Origin: an uncultured Actinomycetota bacterium
GTDB taxonomy: Bacteria > Actinomycetota > Actinomycetes > Propionibacteriales > Nocardioidaceae
NCBI GenBank assembly: GCA_963806945.1
Contig: CAWDZH010000003.1
Span: forward strand, 119,958 to 183,957
Direction of reading: 5' to 3'
Length of the DNA: 64,000 nt
This document shows positions 1 to 9,524 of the stretch, in pieces. Under the pieces are notes generated by a model, which saw only the letters and a list, made by a program, of their open reading frames with translations, did not search any database and was not told the DNA's origin. The stretch's first letter is position 1; every line of letters begins with the position of its first letter. The translations under genes and the position numbers were made by a program.

Positions 1-5
1 AGGAC

Positions 6-266
6 ATGACGTTCACTCCCCACACCCGGATCGAGTTCACCCACGGCCCGCTGACCGACGGTGTCCGGGCCGGCGCCGAGGGGCACTACGGGCTCGAACC
101 CACCGACGCGGGCACCCGGTTGTCCATCGAGCTGACCGTGAGCGCCCGGCTGCCGATTCCGGGCGTGGCGCGGCCGGCGGTGCAGGCGGCGATGCAGCAG
201 GTGCTGAACCAGATGGGGAACCGGTTCTCGGCCCATCTGCTCGCCGAGCTCGAGAGTGGCCGCTGA
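6..266 (+). CDS. SRPBCC/CoxG-like protein, C-terminal part (probably begins before the window)
   Basis: Frame is open to the left edge. The pattern 'GHYGLEPTDAGTRLSIELTV...MQQVLNQMGNRFSAHL' (strands plus a C-terminal helix) fits the SRPBCC fold. Confidence 0.55.
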   Translation: MTFTPHTRIEFTHGPLTDGVRAGAEGHYGLEPTDAGTRLSIELTVSARLPIPGVARPAVQAAMQQVLNQMGNRFSAHLLAELESGR

Positions 267-1329
267 CGTGAAGGTCCTGGTCCTCGGGGCGACCGGGTAC
301 GTCGGCTCCCGGCTGGTCCCGGCACTGCTCGACGCCGGCCACGACGTCGTCGCTTCTTCGTCGCGGGCTCCGCGGCCCGACCTGCACAGCTGGGGCGAGC
401 AGGTCGAGTGGCGGCGCTGCGACGCCACCGACCGCCCCCAGGTGGACGCGGCCCTGACCGACATCGACGCGCTGGTCTACCTGGTCCACTCCCTCGACTC
501 ACCCGGCTTCGCCGATCGTGACCGGATCGCGGCGACGACCGTCGCCCAGGCGGTCCGCACGAGCGCCGTGCAGCGCGTCGTCTACCTCTCGGGACTGGTG
601 CCCGGCGTGGATCGAGATCGGCTCTCGGAGCACCTCGCCTCGCGCCACGAGGTGGAGGAGCTGCTCGCCGGGTCTCGTCGCCCCACCCTCGCGTTGCGGG
701 CAGGCGTCGTCATCGGAGCCGGCTCCACCTCCTTCGAGATCATCCGCCAGCTCTCCACCCTGTTGCTGGTGCAACCGGTGCCGCTCTGGATGAACCGGCA
801 GGTGCAGCCGATCGCGGTCAGCGACGTGGTCCGCGCGCTGGTGGAGACGATCACCACCGACAACGCCGCCACCGGCAGTCTCGACGTCGGCGGCCCCGAC
901 GTCGTCAGCTATCCGGCACTGATGGCCGTCGTCAGCCGAGCGGCCGGGCTCCGGCGGATCCGGCTGCCGGTGCTCGCGGCGCCCAGCACCGCCGTGGGAC
1001 TCGGCATGGCCGCCCTCTCCGCGGCTCCGCCCCGGACCGCGCTCGCGCTGGCCCACAGCCTGCGCGAGGACATGGTGTGCCGGCCCGGACACACCTGGCT
1101 GCCGGCCGACGGTCGTCCACTGCTCGGGATCGAGGCTGCCGTGGGGTTGGCGCTCGCCGACGACCCCGAAGCGCCCGAGTCCGCTCGCCGCAGCGATGCC
1201 GACTGGACCCGTGGGCAAGCCCTCGTGGAGGCGCTTCCCTCGCCGGCGTCGGTGACCGCGGCTGGTCTCCTCGCCGTACGCCGGGCGCGCGCCGTGGGCG
1301 CCAGGGCTCGGCGGCTGCTCGACGGTTGA
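256..1329 (+). CDS. NAD(P)-binding SDR/epimerase family protein (YbjT-like)
   Basis: N-terminal VLGATGYVG Rossmann motif, plus YLVHS, LSEHLASR.EVE, GAGSTSFE and QPIAVSDV motifs. Confidence 0.85.
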   Translation: MAADVKVLVLGATGYVGSRLVPALLDAGHDVVASSSRAPRPDLHSWGEQVEWRRCDATDRPQVDAALTDIDALVYLVHSLDSPGFADRDRIAATTVAQAVRTSAVQRVVYLSGLVPGVDRDRLSEHLASRHEVEELLAGSRRPTLALRAGVVIGAGSTSFEIIRQLSTLLLVQPVPLWMNRQVQPIAVSDVVRALVETITTDNAATGSLDVGGPDVVSYPALMAVVSRAAGLRRIRLPVLAAPSTAVGLGMAALSAAPPRTALALAHSLREDMVCRPGHTWLPADGRPLLGIEAAVGLALADDPEAPESARRSDADWTRGQALVEALPSPASVTAAGLLAVRRARAVGARARRLLDG

Positions 1330-1353
1330 TCGCCACCTGAGAGGATCGGCCCC

Positions 1354-3066
1354 ATGTCCAGCCCGCTGAGCCCCGATGGCCGCCGCCGCGCGCTCGAGGC
1401 GATGGCGGCCACCACGGCGACCGAACCGCTCGACGTCCTGGTGGTCGGCGGCGGCATCACCGGCGCCGGTGTCGCGAACGATGCGGCGACCCGTGGCCTG
1501 TCCACGGGCCTGATCGAGCAGCGCGACCTGGCCTCCGGAACCAGCAGCCGCAGCTCCAAGCTGCTCCACGGCGGCCTGCGGTACCTCGAGATGCTCGACT
1601 TCGCGCTGGTCCGTGAGGCACTCCAGGAGCGCGGCCTGCAGCTGACGCGGCTGGCGCCGCACCTGGTGCGGCCCGTGCCGTTCCTCTACCCGCTGCACCG
1701 CTCCCTCGAACGCCCCTACGTCGGGGCTGGGTTGGCGCTGTACGACGCGATGGCGACGTTCGGGAAGTACGCCATGGGGGTGCCCCGGCACCGGCACCTC
1801 TTCCGCAAGCAGGTCGCGCGCATCGCTCCCGACCTGCGCACCGAGGACCTGACCGGCGCGATCCGCTACTACGACTGCCAGGTCGATGACGCCCGGCTCA
1901 CCCTCGCGGTGGCGCGCACCGCCGCGTCGTACGGCGCCCACGTGGCCACCCGCACCCGGGTGACCGGCTTCCTCCGCGAGGAGGGCCGCGTCGTCGGAGT
2001 CCGCGCCACCGACCTGGAATCGGGTCGCGAGCTCGAGGTCCGTGCGCGGGTCGTCATCAACGCCGCCGGTGTCTGGACCGACGACATCCAGGACATGGCA
2101 GCCTCGGGACAGCTGCACGTCCGAGCGTCCAAGGGCATCCACCTCGTGGTGCCGCGCGACCGGATCCGTTCCGAGTGCGGCCTGATCACCCGCACCGAGA
2201 CCTCCGTGCTGTTCGTCATCCCGTGGGGCGCCCACTGGATCATCGGCACCACCGACACCCCGTGGGACCTGGACAAGGCCCATCCGGCCGCCAGCCGGGC
2301 CGACATCGACTACCTGCTCGAGCACGTGAACCGGATCCTGCGCGAACCGCTGGACCACGACGACGTCGAGGGCGTGTACGCCGGCCTCCGGCCGCTGCTG
2401 TCCGGCGAGACCGAGCCGACCTCGCGGATCTCACGCGAGCACACCGTCACCGTCCCCGCGCCGGGCCTGGTGATGATCGCGGGGGGCAAGCTGACGACCT
2501 GGCGGGTGATGGCCAAGGACGCGATCGACGCCGTCGTCGACCAGCTGGAGGAGACCCAGGCGCCGGTGCGCACCTGCATCACCGACCGGGTGCCCCTGAG
2601 CGGCGCGGCGGGATACGAGGCGCGGCAGAACCAGCGGGTCATGCTGTCGCGCACCAGCGGCCTCTCGCTGGCCCAGATCGACCACCTGCTCGGACGCCAC
2701 GGCGGCCTGATCGACGAGGTGCTCTCGCTGATCGCCGACCGTCCCGAGCTCGCCGAGCCGCTCCCCGGCGCCGAGATCTACCTCTGCGCCGAGGTCGTCT
2801 ATGCCGTCACCCATGAGGGCGCACGCCACCTCGACGACGTGCTCACTCGACGGACCAGGATCTCGATCGAGACCTTCGACCGCGGCACGCACGCCGCCCG
2901 GCCGGTCGCCGAGCTGATGGCGGAGCCGCTGGGCTGGGACGCCGCGCGGGTCGACGTCGAGGTCGATCACTACCTGCGCAGGGTCGAGGCCGAGCGGCAG
3001 TCGCAGCGCCAGCCCACCGACCAGGAGGCCGACGAGGCCCGGGTGCAGGCCCCGGACATCGTCTGA
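1354..3066 (+). CDS. glpD: FAD-dependent glycerol-3-phosphate dehydrogenase
   Basis: VVGGGITGAG, GTSSRSSKLLHGGLRYLE, YAGLRPL and GGKLTT motifs. Confidence 0.93.
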   Translation: MSSPLSPDGRRRALEAMAATTATEPLDVLVVGGGITGAGVANDAATRGLSTGLIEQRDLASGTSSRSSKLLHGGLRYLEMLDFALVREALQERGLQLTRLAPHLVRPVPFLYPLHRSLERPYVGAGLALYDAMATFGKYAMGVPRHRHLFRKQVARIAPDLRTEDLTGAIRYYDCQVDDARLTLAVARTAASYGAHVATRTRVTGFLREEGRVVGVRATDLESGRELEVRARVVINAAGVWTDDIQDMAASGQLHVRASKGIHLVVPRDRIRSECGLITRTETSVLFVIPWGAHWIIGTTDTPWDLDKAHPAASRADIDYLLEHVNRILREPLDHDDVEGVYAGLRPLLSGETEPTSRISREHTVTVPAPGLVMIAGGKLTTWRVMAKDAIDAVVDQLEETQAPVRTCITDRVPLSGAAGYEARQNQRVMLSRTSGLSLAQIDHLLGRHGGLIDEVLSLIADRPELAEPLPGAEIYLCAEVVYAVTHEGARHLDDVLTRRTRISIETFDRGTHAARPVAELMAEPLGWDAARVDVEVDHYLRRVEAERQSQRQPTDQEADEARVQAPDIV

Positions 3067-3165
3067 CTCCCGGCGGTCTCTTGACATCGAGCGGTGCTGT
3101 GTCAAGCGTCTCAGTGGCTACCGAAGGGTAGATAGCGAGACACCCGTCACCTAGCCTCAGTAACC

Positions 3166-4782
3166 ATGAGCGCTCAGAGCCCCACCGGCGGACCACTGGT
3201 CGACGGACCGGCCGATCCCGAGCACGATCCCACCGCGTCGTACGCCCTCGAGCCCGGCTACGTCCGCGCACTCACCGACCGGATCGTCTCCACGACGAGC
3301 CAGAGCGCCCCGGTCACGTCGCCGTTGAACGGTCAGCCGCTGGCCCATGTCCCTCAGTCCTCGACCACCGACGTCGAGGAGGCCATCGCTCAAGCCCGTC
3401 GCGCTCAGGTCGCGTGGTCGCAGACCCCACTGACGCAACGCACGGCCGCGTTGCTGCGGCTCCACGACCTCATCCTCGACCGGCAGGCCGAGATCTGTGA
3501 CCTGGTGGGTCTGGAGTCCGGGAAGGCCCGCAAGGATGCGTTCCTAGAGCTGGCGCACGTCGCGCTGACGGCCCGCTACTACGCGCGTACGGCGTCGGAG
3601 CACCTCGACACCCGGCGCGTGGCCGGCATGTTCCCCGGCCTCACGCACGTTCAGGTGAATCGCGTCCCCAAGGGCGTCGTCGGCATCATCTCGCCCTGGA
3701 ACTACCCGTTCACGATGGCGCTGTGCGACGGGCTTCCTGCGCTGCTCGCCGGAAACGCCGTCGTGATCAAGCCGGACGCCCAGACCATGCTCACCGCCCT
3801 GCTCGGCGCAGAGCTGCTCGAGCAGGCCGGCTTCCCGCGCGAGCTCTGGCAGGTGGTGGCCGGGCCAGGCCAGGAGATCGGCCCGCCACTGATCGGGGGT
3901 GTCGACTACGTGTGCTTCACCGGCTCGACCGCCACCGGCAAGCTGATTGCCTCCCAGTGCGCCGAGCGGCTGATCGGCTGCTCGCTGGAGCTCGGTGGCA
4001 AGAACCCGCTGCTCGTGCTGCGCGACGCCGACCTCGAGAAGGCGGCCGAGGGAGCCTGCCGGGCCGCCTTCTCCAACGCCGGGCAGCTGTGCGTCGCGAC
4101 CGAGCGGTTCTTCGTCGCCGATCAGGTCTATGACCGGTTCGTAGACCGGTTCGTGGCCCGCACCGAGTCGATGACGCTCGGCGCCGGCCTCGACTGGTCG
4201 ATCGACATGGGGCCGCTGATCTCGCAGGCCCAGCTCGACACGGTGACGGCCCATGTCGAGGACGCCGTCGCCAAGGGCGCCCGGGTGCTCGCCGGCGGCC
4301 GCGGCCGGCCGGACCTCGGTCCCTTCTTCTTCGAGCCGACCATCCTCGAGGGGGTCACCCCGGAGATGACCTGCTTCGGACATGAGACGTTCGGTCCGGT
4401 CGTCGCGCTCTACCGGTTCCACGACGAGGCCGACGCAGTCGCCCGCGCCAACGACGGCGAGTACGGCCTCAACGCCTCGATCTACAGCGAGGACGGTCGG
4501 CGCGCCCGCGAGATCGCCCGGCACATCAAGTGCGGCACGGTCAACGTCAACGAGGGCTTCGGCGCGACCTTCGGGTCGCTCGCAGCCCCCATGGGTGGAA
4601 TGCGCCAGTCCGGCACGGGACGCCGGCAGGGGAGCGAGGGGATCCTGCGCTATACCGAGACCCAGTCGGTCGCCACCCAACGCGGCCTGCGCATCGGTCC
4701 CTCGTTCGGTCTCTCCCAGGAGCAGTTCGCCAAGGTGATGACCACGAGCCTGCGCGTCCTCAACAGGCTCGGCAGGGCCTGA
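3166..4782 (+). CDS. Succinic-semialdehyde dehydrogenase-like aldehyde dehydrogenase (GabD2-like)
   Basis: ALDH motifs ISPWNYP, FTGSTATG, LELGGKNP, NAGQLC, ETFGP and PMGG. Located between glpD and choD. Confidence 0.88.
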   Translation: MSAQSPTGGPLVDGPADPEHDPTASYALEPGYVRALTDRIVSTTSQSAPVTSPLNGQPLAHVPQSSTTDVEEAIAQARRAQVAWSQTPLTQRTAALLRLHDLILDRQAEICDLVGLESGKARKDAFLELAHVALTARYYARTASEHLDTRRVAGMFPGLTHVQVNRVPKGVVGIISPWNYPFTMALCDGLPALLAGNAVVIKPDAQTMLTALLGAELLEQAGFPRELWQVVAGPGQEIGPPLIGGVDYVCFTGSTATGKLIASQCAERLIGCSLELGGKNPLLVLRDADLEKAAEGACRAAFSNAGQLCVATERFFVADQVYDRFVDRFVARTESMTLGAGLDWSIDMGPLISQAQLDTVTAHVEDAVAKGARVLAGGRGRPDLGPFFFEPTILEGVTPEMTCFGHETFGPVVALYRFHDEADAVARANDGEYGLNASIYSEDGRRAREIARHIKCGTVNVNEGFGATFGSLAAPMGGMRQSGTGRRQGSEGILRYTETQSVATQRGLRIGPSFGLSQEQFAKVMTTSLRVLNRLGRA

Positions 4783-4785
4783 CCG

Positions 4786-6489
4786 GTGACCCACTACGAC
4801 GTCCTGGTCATCGGCTCCGGCTTCGGCGGCTCGGTCACCGCGCTGCGGCTGACCGAGAAGGGGTACACCGTGGGCGTCCTCGAGGCGGGCGCCCGGTTCG
4901 AGGACGACGACCTGCCGGCCACTTCCTGGGACGTGAAGAAGTTCCTCTACGCTCCCGAGCTCGGCTGCTACGGCATCCAGCGCATCGACATGGTCAAGGA
5001 CTGCCTGATCATGGCGGGCGCGGGGGTCGGCGGCGGCTCGCTGGTCTACGCCAACACGCTCTACGAGCCGCTCGAGCAGTTCTACTCGGATCCTCAGTGG
5101 GCACACATCACCGACTGGAGGGCGGAGCTCGCGCCGTACTACGACCAGGCCAAGCGGATGCTGGGGGTGGTCGAGAACCCGCTGCGTACGCGCTCGGACG
5201 AGGTGATGAAGCAGGTCGCTGACGAGATGGGCGTCGGCGAGACCCATCACCCGACCCCGGTGGGTGTGTTCTTCGGCGGGCCCGGCCAGCAGGCCGGCGA
5301 GGCGGTGGCGGACCCCTACTTCGGGGGCGCCGGTCCCGACCGCCACACCTGCCTCGGCTGCGGGGAGTGCATGACCGGGTGCCGGCACAACGCCAAGAAC
5401 ACGCTGGTGAAGAACTACCTGTATCTCGCGGAGAAGCAGGGCGCCGTGGTCCACCCGCTCACCCACGTCACCCGGGTCCGGCCTCGCGAGGACGGCGGCT
5501 ACCGCGTCGACGCGCGCTGGACCAAGGCCAAGCTGTCGCGGCGTACCGCCACCGTGTCGTTCACCGCCGACCACGTCGTCTTCTCGGCCGCTGCACTCGG
5601 CACCCAGAAGCTGCTGCACCGGCTCAAGGCCGAGGGTGACCTGCCGGAGCTGTCGGACCGGCTCGGTCACCTGACCCGCACCAACTCCGAGTCGATCCTG
5701 ACCTCGATCGCACCCGATCTGGAGATCGACTACAGCCGGGGCATCGCGATCACGTCGTCCTTCCACCCCGACGAGCACACCCACATCGAACCGGTCCGCT
5801 ACGGCAAGGGCTCGAACCTGCTGGCGCTGATGCAGACGGTGCTGACCGACGGGGACGGTCCCCGACCCCGCTGGCAGACCTGGTTCAAGGAGCTGTGGGC
5901 CCAGAAGTCCGAGTTGCGCAACGTCTACGACCTGAAGCACTGGTCGGAGCGCTCGATCTTCGCGCTCGTCATGCAGTCGCTCGACAACTCGATCACGACC
6001 TTCCCGAAGAAGACCCCGTTCGGTTGGATCCTGTCCTCACGCCAGGGTCACGGCAAGCCGAACCCCACCTGGATCCCCGCGGCCAACGACGCGGTACGCC
6101 GGATGGCGCGGATCATGGGCGGCACCACGGCCAGCTCGATCGGGGAGCCGTTCAACCGTCCGCTGACAGCCCACTTCATCGGCGGCTGCACCATCGGCGA
6201 CTCAGCGGAATCCGGCGTGGTGGACCCCTTCCAGCGGGTCTACGGCCACCCGGGCCTGCACGTCGTGGACGGGTCGGCGATCTCGGCGAACCTCGGCGTG
6301 AACCCGTCACTGACGATCACCGCGCAGTCGGAGCGGGCGATGGCGTTGTGGCCCAACAAGGGCGAGCCGGACCCGCGCCCGGCGCTGGGCGAGGCCTACC
6401 AGCGGGTGGCCCCGGTGGCACCGAGCCGGCCGGCGGTCCCGGAGGCAGCCCCCGGAGCGCTGCGGCTGCCCATCGTCGGCGTGTCGTGA
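4786..6489 (+). CDS. choD: GMC-family oxidoreductase, cholesterol oxidase ChoD-like
   Basis: IGSGFGGSV, GVGGGSLVYAN, CMTGCRHNAKNTLVKNYL, TAHFIGG and NLGVNPSLTITAQ motifs. Confidence 0.85.
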   Translation: MTHYDVLVIGSGFGGSVTALRLTEKGYTVGVLEAGARFEDDDLPATSWDVKKFLYAPELGCYGIQRIDMVKDCLIMAGAGVGGGSLVYANTLYEPLEQFYSDPQWAHITDWRAELAPYYDQAKRMLGVVENPLRTRSDEVMKQVADEMGVGETHHPTPVGVFFGGPGQQAGEAVADPYFGGAGPDRHTCLGCGECMTGCRHNAKNTLVKNYLYLAEKQGAVVHPLTHVTRVRPREDGGYRVDARWTKAKLSRRTATVSFTADHVVFSAAALGTQKLLHRLKAEGDLPELSDRLGHLTRTNSESILTSIAPDLEIDYSRGIAITSSFHPDEHTHIEPVRYGKGSNLLALMQTVLTDGDGPRPRWQTWFKELWAQKSELRNVYDLKHWSERSIFALVMQSLDNSITTFPKKTPFGWILSSRQGHGKPNPTWIPAANDAVRRMARIMGGTTASSIGEPFNRPLTAHFIGGCTIGDSAESGVVDPFQRVYGHPGLHVVDGSAISANLGVNPSLTITAQSERAMALWPNKGEPDPRPALGEAYQRVAPVAPSRPAVPEAAPGALRLPIVGVS

Positions 6490-6525
6490 CCGCGGCGACC
6501 ACGAAAAAAACTCTCCCGCCACCGG

Positions 6526-6553
6526 CGTAACCAGCGCCCTCACGCATCGTTGT
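6526..6553 (+). promoter_or_regulatory. Candidate ECF sigma promoter (BldN-type) CGTAAC-N16-CGTTGT
   Basis: CGTAAC at 6526-6531, a 16-nt spacer, then CGTTGT at 6548-6553, immediately ahead of a structured C-rich RNA. Close to the Streptomyces sigma-BldN consensus CGTAAC-N16-CGTTGA. Confidence 0.55.
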
Positions 6554-6559
6554 GTCTAG

Positions 6560-6679
6560 CAGACCCGACGGTTGCTCCCTCCCTTGTCGGGTCGTATATG
6601 TCCACTGATCGCTCAGCGGTCACTGTGGACGATCAGGGCCCGACCACCCCTCCCTCCCCGGTCGGGCCCTGACGTATTT
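6560..6679 (+). ncRNA. 6C-like small RNA: two hairpins with C-rich loops and an extra middle hairpin
   Basis: Stem GACCCGAC 6562-6569 / GTCGGGTC 6586-6593 with a CTCCCTCCC-containing loop. Middle stem 6600-6630. Perfect 13-bp stem 6633-6645 / 6660-6672 with loop ACCCCTCCCTCCCC, followed by CGTATTT. Confidence 0.6.
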
Positions 6680-6680
6680 C

Positions 6681-6743
6681 CGTCGCACCCGACCTCACGG
6701 TCGTCGAATCTGCGTCCAAGCGACCCGGATGTCGGGTACGACG
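6681..6743. repeat. 63-bp palindromic unit (REP/REPIN-like), left of the nuclease-like gene
   Basis: CGTCGCACCCGAC-N37-GTCGGGTACGACG. An inverted homolog lies at 7851-7913. Confidence 0.75.
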
Positions 6744-6808
6744 TACGCCGCGGACGCAGCCTGTGTACAACGGGCGTCGGTCGGGCGGATCTGTTCGATG
6801 CTCGGACC

Positions 6809-7846
6809 ATGTCACTACCTGCCGAGACTCGGGCGGGCCTGGTGCTGCCCGTACGGGTCGATCCTGATGGCATCACCGGTCCCACCCCGGGTCAGGCTCG
6901 CGGTCCGCACTGGCGGCGGGTCGCGCCCGCCTACCACGTCCCATCCGTGACCGACTCCGCCGCGCTCGGCCAGCGGATCCTCGAGGCGATGGCCGGCACG
7001 CCCAGCGACGCCGCGGTGACCGGCTGGGGCTCGTTCGGGTGGCGCGAGACCCGGTGGTTCAACGGTCTGGCGGGCGACGGACGCACCCTCCTCGACGTTC
7101 CGGTGGGGCTCGACCGGCTGCGAGGGGTCCGGGGCAGAGCGGGCGTGGAGTTCTCCGAGGACTGGCTGTTCCCCGACGACGTGGAAGAGATCGACGGGCT
7201 CCGGGTCACGATCCCCGAGCGCTCGGTCAGCTATGAGGTGTGCCGTGCACGCACGCTTCTCGCAGCCGTCCGCACCATCGACCTGGCAGCCGCGGCCGAC
7301 CTCGTCGACGTCCAGTCGATGGTCGGCTACGCCGCCCGCCTCGGGCCACGACCCGGGATCCGGATGCTGCGCGAGGCCCTGACCTGGGCCGACGAGAACG
7401 TCTGGTCGCCACAGGAGGTGTCGATGCGGATGACGTGGCGTCAGCACCACGGATGCGTGCTGCTGACCAACCCGCCGATCTTCGATCGGCACGGCCGGCA
7501 CCTCGTGACGCCCGACCTGCTCGACCTCGAGGCGGGTGTCGTGGGGGAGTACGACGGCGCGATCCACCTCGAGGACGGTCCCCGCCGGCGAGACCTCGAC
7601 CGCGAGGCGCTCTATCGCGACCACCAGCTCGAGCTGGTCACCATGATGGCCGGCCGCAGGGCAGACTCCGCCAGCTTCCTCGTGCGCCTCGACGCCGCCT
7701 ACCGACGGGCGGCTGAGCGGCGTGGTTCGGCGCGCACCTGGACCACGGAACAACCCGCCTGGTGGGTCGACACCTCGACGGTGGCTCGCCGGGCCGAGCT
7801 CACTGCCGAGCAGCGCGCGGTGTGGTTGCGCCGACTCGTCTCGTGA
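6809..7846 (+). CDS. AbiEi-like N-terminus plus DUF559/PD-(D/E)xK-like nuclease-fold protein
   Basis: The ATG at 6809 is preferred over the TTG at 6572, whose extension crosses the sRNA. Motifs: 'AVTGW', 'GLRVTIPERS', 'WSPQE', 'PDLLDLEAGVVGEYDGAIH...RRRDLDRE'. Confidence 0.65.
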   Translation: MSLPAETRAGLVLPVRVDPDGITGPTPGQARGPHWRRVAPAYHVPSVTDSAALGQRILEAMAGTPSDAAVTGWGSFGWRETRWFNGLAGDGRTLLDVPVGLDRLRGVRGRAGVEFSEDWLFPDDVEEIDGLRVTIPERSVSYEVCRARTLLAAVRTIDLAAAADLVDVQSMVGYAARLGPRPGIRMLREALTWADENVWSPQEVSMRMTWRQHHGCVLLTNPPIFDRHGRHLVTPDLLDLEAGVVGEYDGAIHLEDGPRRRDLDREALYRDHQLELVTMMAGRRADSASFLVRLDAAYRRAAERRGSARTWTTEQPAWWVDTSTVARRAELTAEQRAVWLRRLVS

Positions 7847-7850
7847 CACT

Positions 7851-7913
7851 CGTCGCACCCGGCAGTAGAGCTGTTGACCCGGCCGATCCGCGACCGTTTT
7901 GTCGGGTGCGACG
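7851..7913. repeat. 63-bp palindromic unit (REP/REPIN-like), right of the nuclease-like gene, inverted relative to the left unit
   Basis: CGTCGCACCCGGC-N37-GTCGGGTGCGACG. Its reverse complement starts CGTCGCACCCGACaaaACGGTCG, against CGTCGCACCCGACctcACGGTCG for the left unit. Confidence 0.75.
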
Positions 7914-7952
7914 GGTGCGGGACGAGTCGGCAGGTGCCGATAGGCTCGGCCC

Positions 7953-9524
7953 ATGACGGAGACGCCCGATCACGACCTGGTTCTTGTCGTCGACTTCGGG
8001 GCCCAGTACGCCCAGCTGATCGCCCGCCGGGTGCGCGAGGTGAAGGTCTACTCCGAGATCGTCCCGCACTCGATGCCGGTGGCGGAGATGCTGGCGCGCA
8101 AGCCTCGAGCCATCGTGCTCTCCGGGGGACCGTCCAGTGTCTACTCGGAGGGGGCGCCGGGCATCGACCCGGACATCTTCACCGCCGGCGTGCCCGTGTT
8201 CGGCATGTGTTACGGATTCCAGCTGATGGCCCAGGCCCTCGGCGGCGAGGTCGCTCCCACGGGCGCCCGTGAGTACGGCCGGACCCGGGTGACGGTGTCC
8301 GCCCCCGGCACCCTGCTGGCCGAGCTGCCCGCACAGCACACCGTCTGGATGTCCCACGGCGACGCGGTCACCGCGGCCCCCGCCGGCTTCGACGTCCTGG
8401 CGTCGACGGCGGTGACACCGGTCGCCGCCTTCGAGGCCGTCGATCGCGGCCTGGCCGGCGTGCAGTGGCATCCGGAGGTGCTCCACACCGAGCACGGCCA
8501 GCGGATCCTGGAGCACTTCCTGCTCGAGATCGCCGGCTGCCGGCCGACCTGGACGATGCTCAACATCATCGAGGAGCAGGTCGAGCACATCCGTGAGCAG
8601 GTCGGCGATGGCCGGGCGCTCTGCGCGCTGTCGGGCGGCGTCGACTCCGCGGTCGCCGCCGCGATCGTCGAGCGCGCCATCGGCGACCGGCTGACCTGCG
8701 TGTACGTCGACCACGGGATGATGCGGCTGGGGGAGACCGAACAGGTGAGGCGGGACTTCGAGGCGGTCTTCAGCGACCTCGACGTGGTCGATGCCGCCGA
8801 TCAGTTCCTCGACGCCCTGGCGGGGGTGAACGACCCGGAGGAGAAGCGGAAGATCATCGGCCGCGAGTTCATCCGGACCTTCGAGGCGGCCGAGGTGCGG
8901 GTCTTCGGCGACCTCGCGTCCGGCGCCCAGGCCACGGCGTACCTCGTGCAGGGCACGCTCTACCCGGACGTGGTCGAGTCCGGCGGCGGCGCGGGCACCT
9001 CCACCATCAAGTCCCACCACAACGTCGGCGGGCTGCCCGACGACCTCCAGTTCGAGCTGATCGAGCCGCTGCGCACGCTCTTCAAGGACGAGGTGCGCGC
9101 GGTCGGCGAGCAGCTGGGGCTGCCGCCGTCGATGGTCTGGCGACACCCCTTCCCCGGTCCCGGCCTCGGCATCCGGATCATCGGCGAGGTCACCCGCGAC
9201 CGTCTCGACATCCTGCGCCGCGCCGACGCGATCGCGCGCGAGGAGCTGACGAACGCCGGTCTCGACCGCGACATCTGGCAGTTCCCGGTGGTGCTGCTCG
9301 CCGACGTCCGCTCGGTGGGCGTCCAGGGCGACGGGCGTACGTACGGCCATCCGGTGGTGCTGCGGCCGGTGACCTCCGAGGACGCGATGACCGCCGACTG
9401 GGCCCGGATCCCCTACGAGGTGCTCGAGACCGTCTCCACGCGGATCACCAACGAGGTCTCGGAGGTGAATCGGGTCGCTCTCGACATCACCTCCAAGCCT
9501 CCCGGAACCATCGAGTGGGAGTGA
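7953..9524 (+). CDS. guaA: GMP synthase (glutamine-hydrolysing)
   Basis: [41 protein letters not shown] and C-terminal KPPGTIEWE. Confidence 0.98.
   Translation: MTETPDHDLVLVVDFGAQYAQLIARRVREVKVYSEIVPHSMPVAEMLARKPRAIVLSGGPSSVYSEGAPGIDPDIFTAGVPVFGMCYGFQLMAQALGGEVAPTGAREYGRTRVTVSAPGTLLAELPAQHTVWMSHGDAVTAAPAGFDVLASTAVTPVAAFEAVDRGLAGVQWHPEVLHTEHGQRILEHFLLEIAGCRPTWTMLNIIEEQVEHIREQVGDGRALCALSGGVDSAVAAAIVERAIGDRLTCVYVDHGMMRLGETEQVRRDFEAVFSDLDVVDAADQFLDALAGVNDPEEKRKIIGREFIRTFEAAEVRVFGDLASGAQATAYLVQGTLYPDVVESGGGAGTSTIKSHHNVGGLPDDLQFELIEPLRTLFKDEVRAVGEQLGLPPSMVWRHPFPGPGLGIRIIGEVTRDRLDILRRADAIAREELTNAGLDRDIWQFPVVLLADVRSVGVQGDGRTYGHPVVLRPVTSEDAMTADWARIPYEVLETVSTRITNEVSEVNRVALDITSKPPGTIEWE

Noticed and set aside
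6572-6808. N-terminal extension of the 424-aa ORF from the TTG at 6572
   Set aside because: It crosses the sRNA hairpins and the palindromic unit. The ATG at 6809 is the more plausible start.
6680-7914. Classical IS element call
   Set aside because: Terminal inverted repeats exist, but there is no DDE, HUH or serine transposase motif and no target-site duplication.
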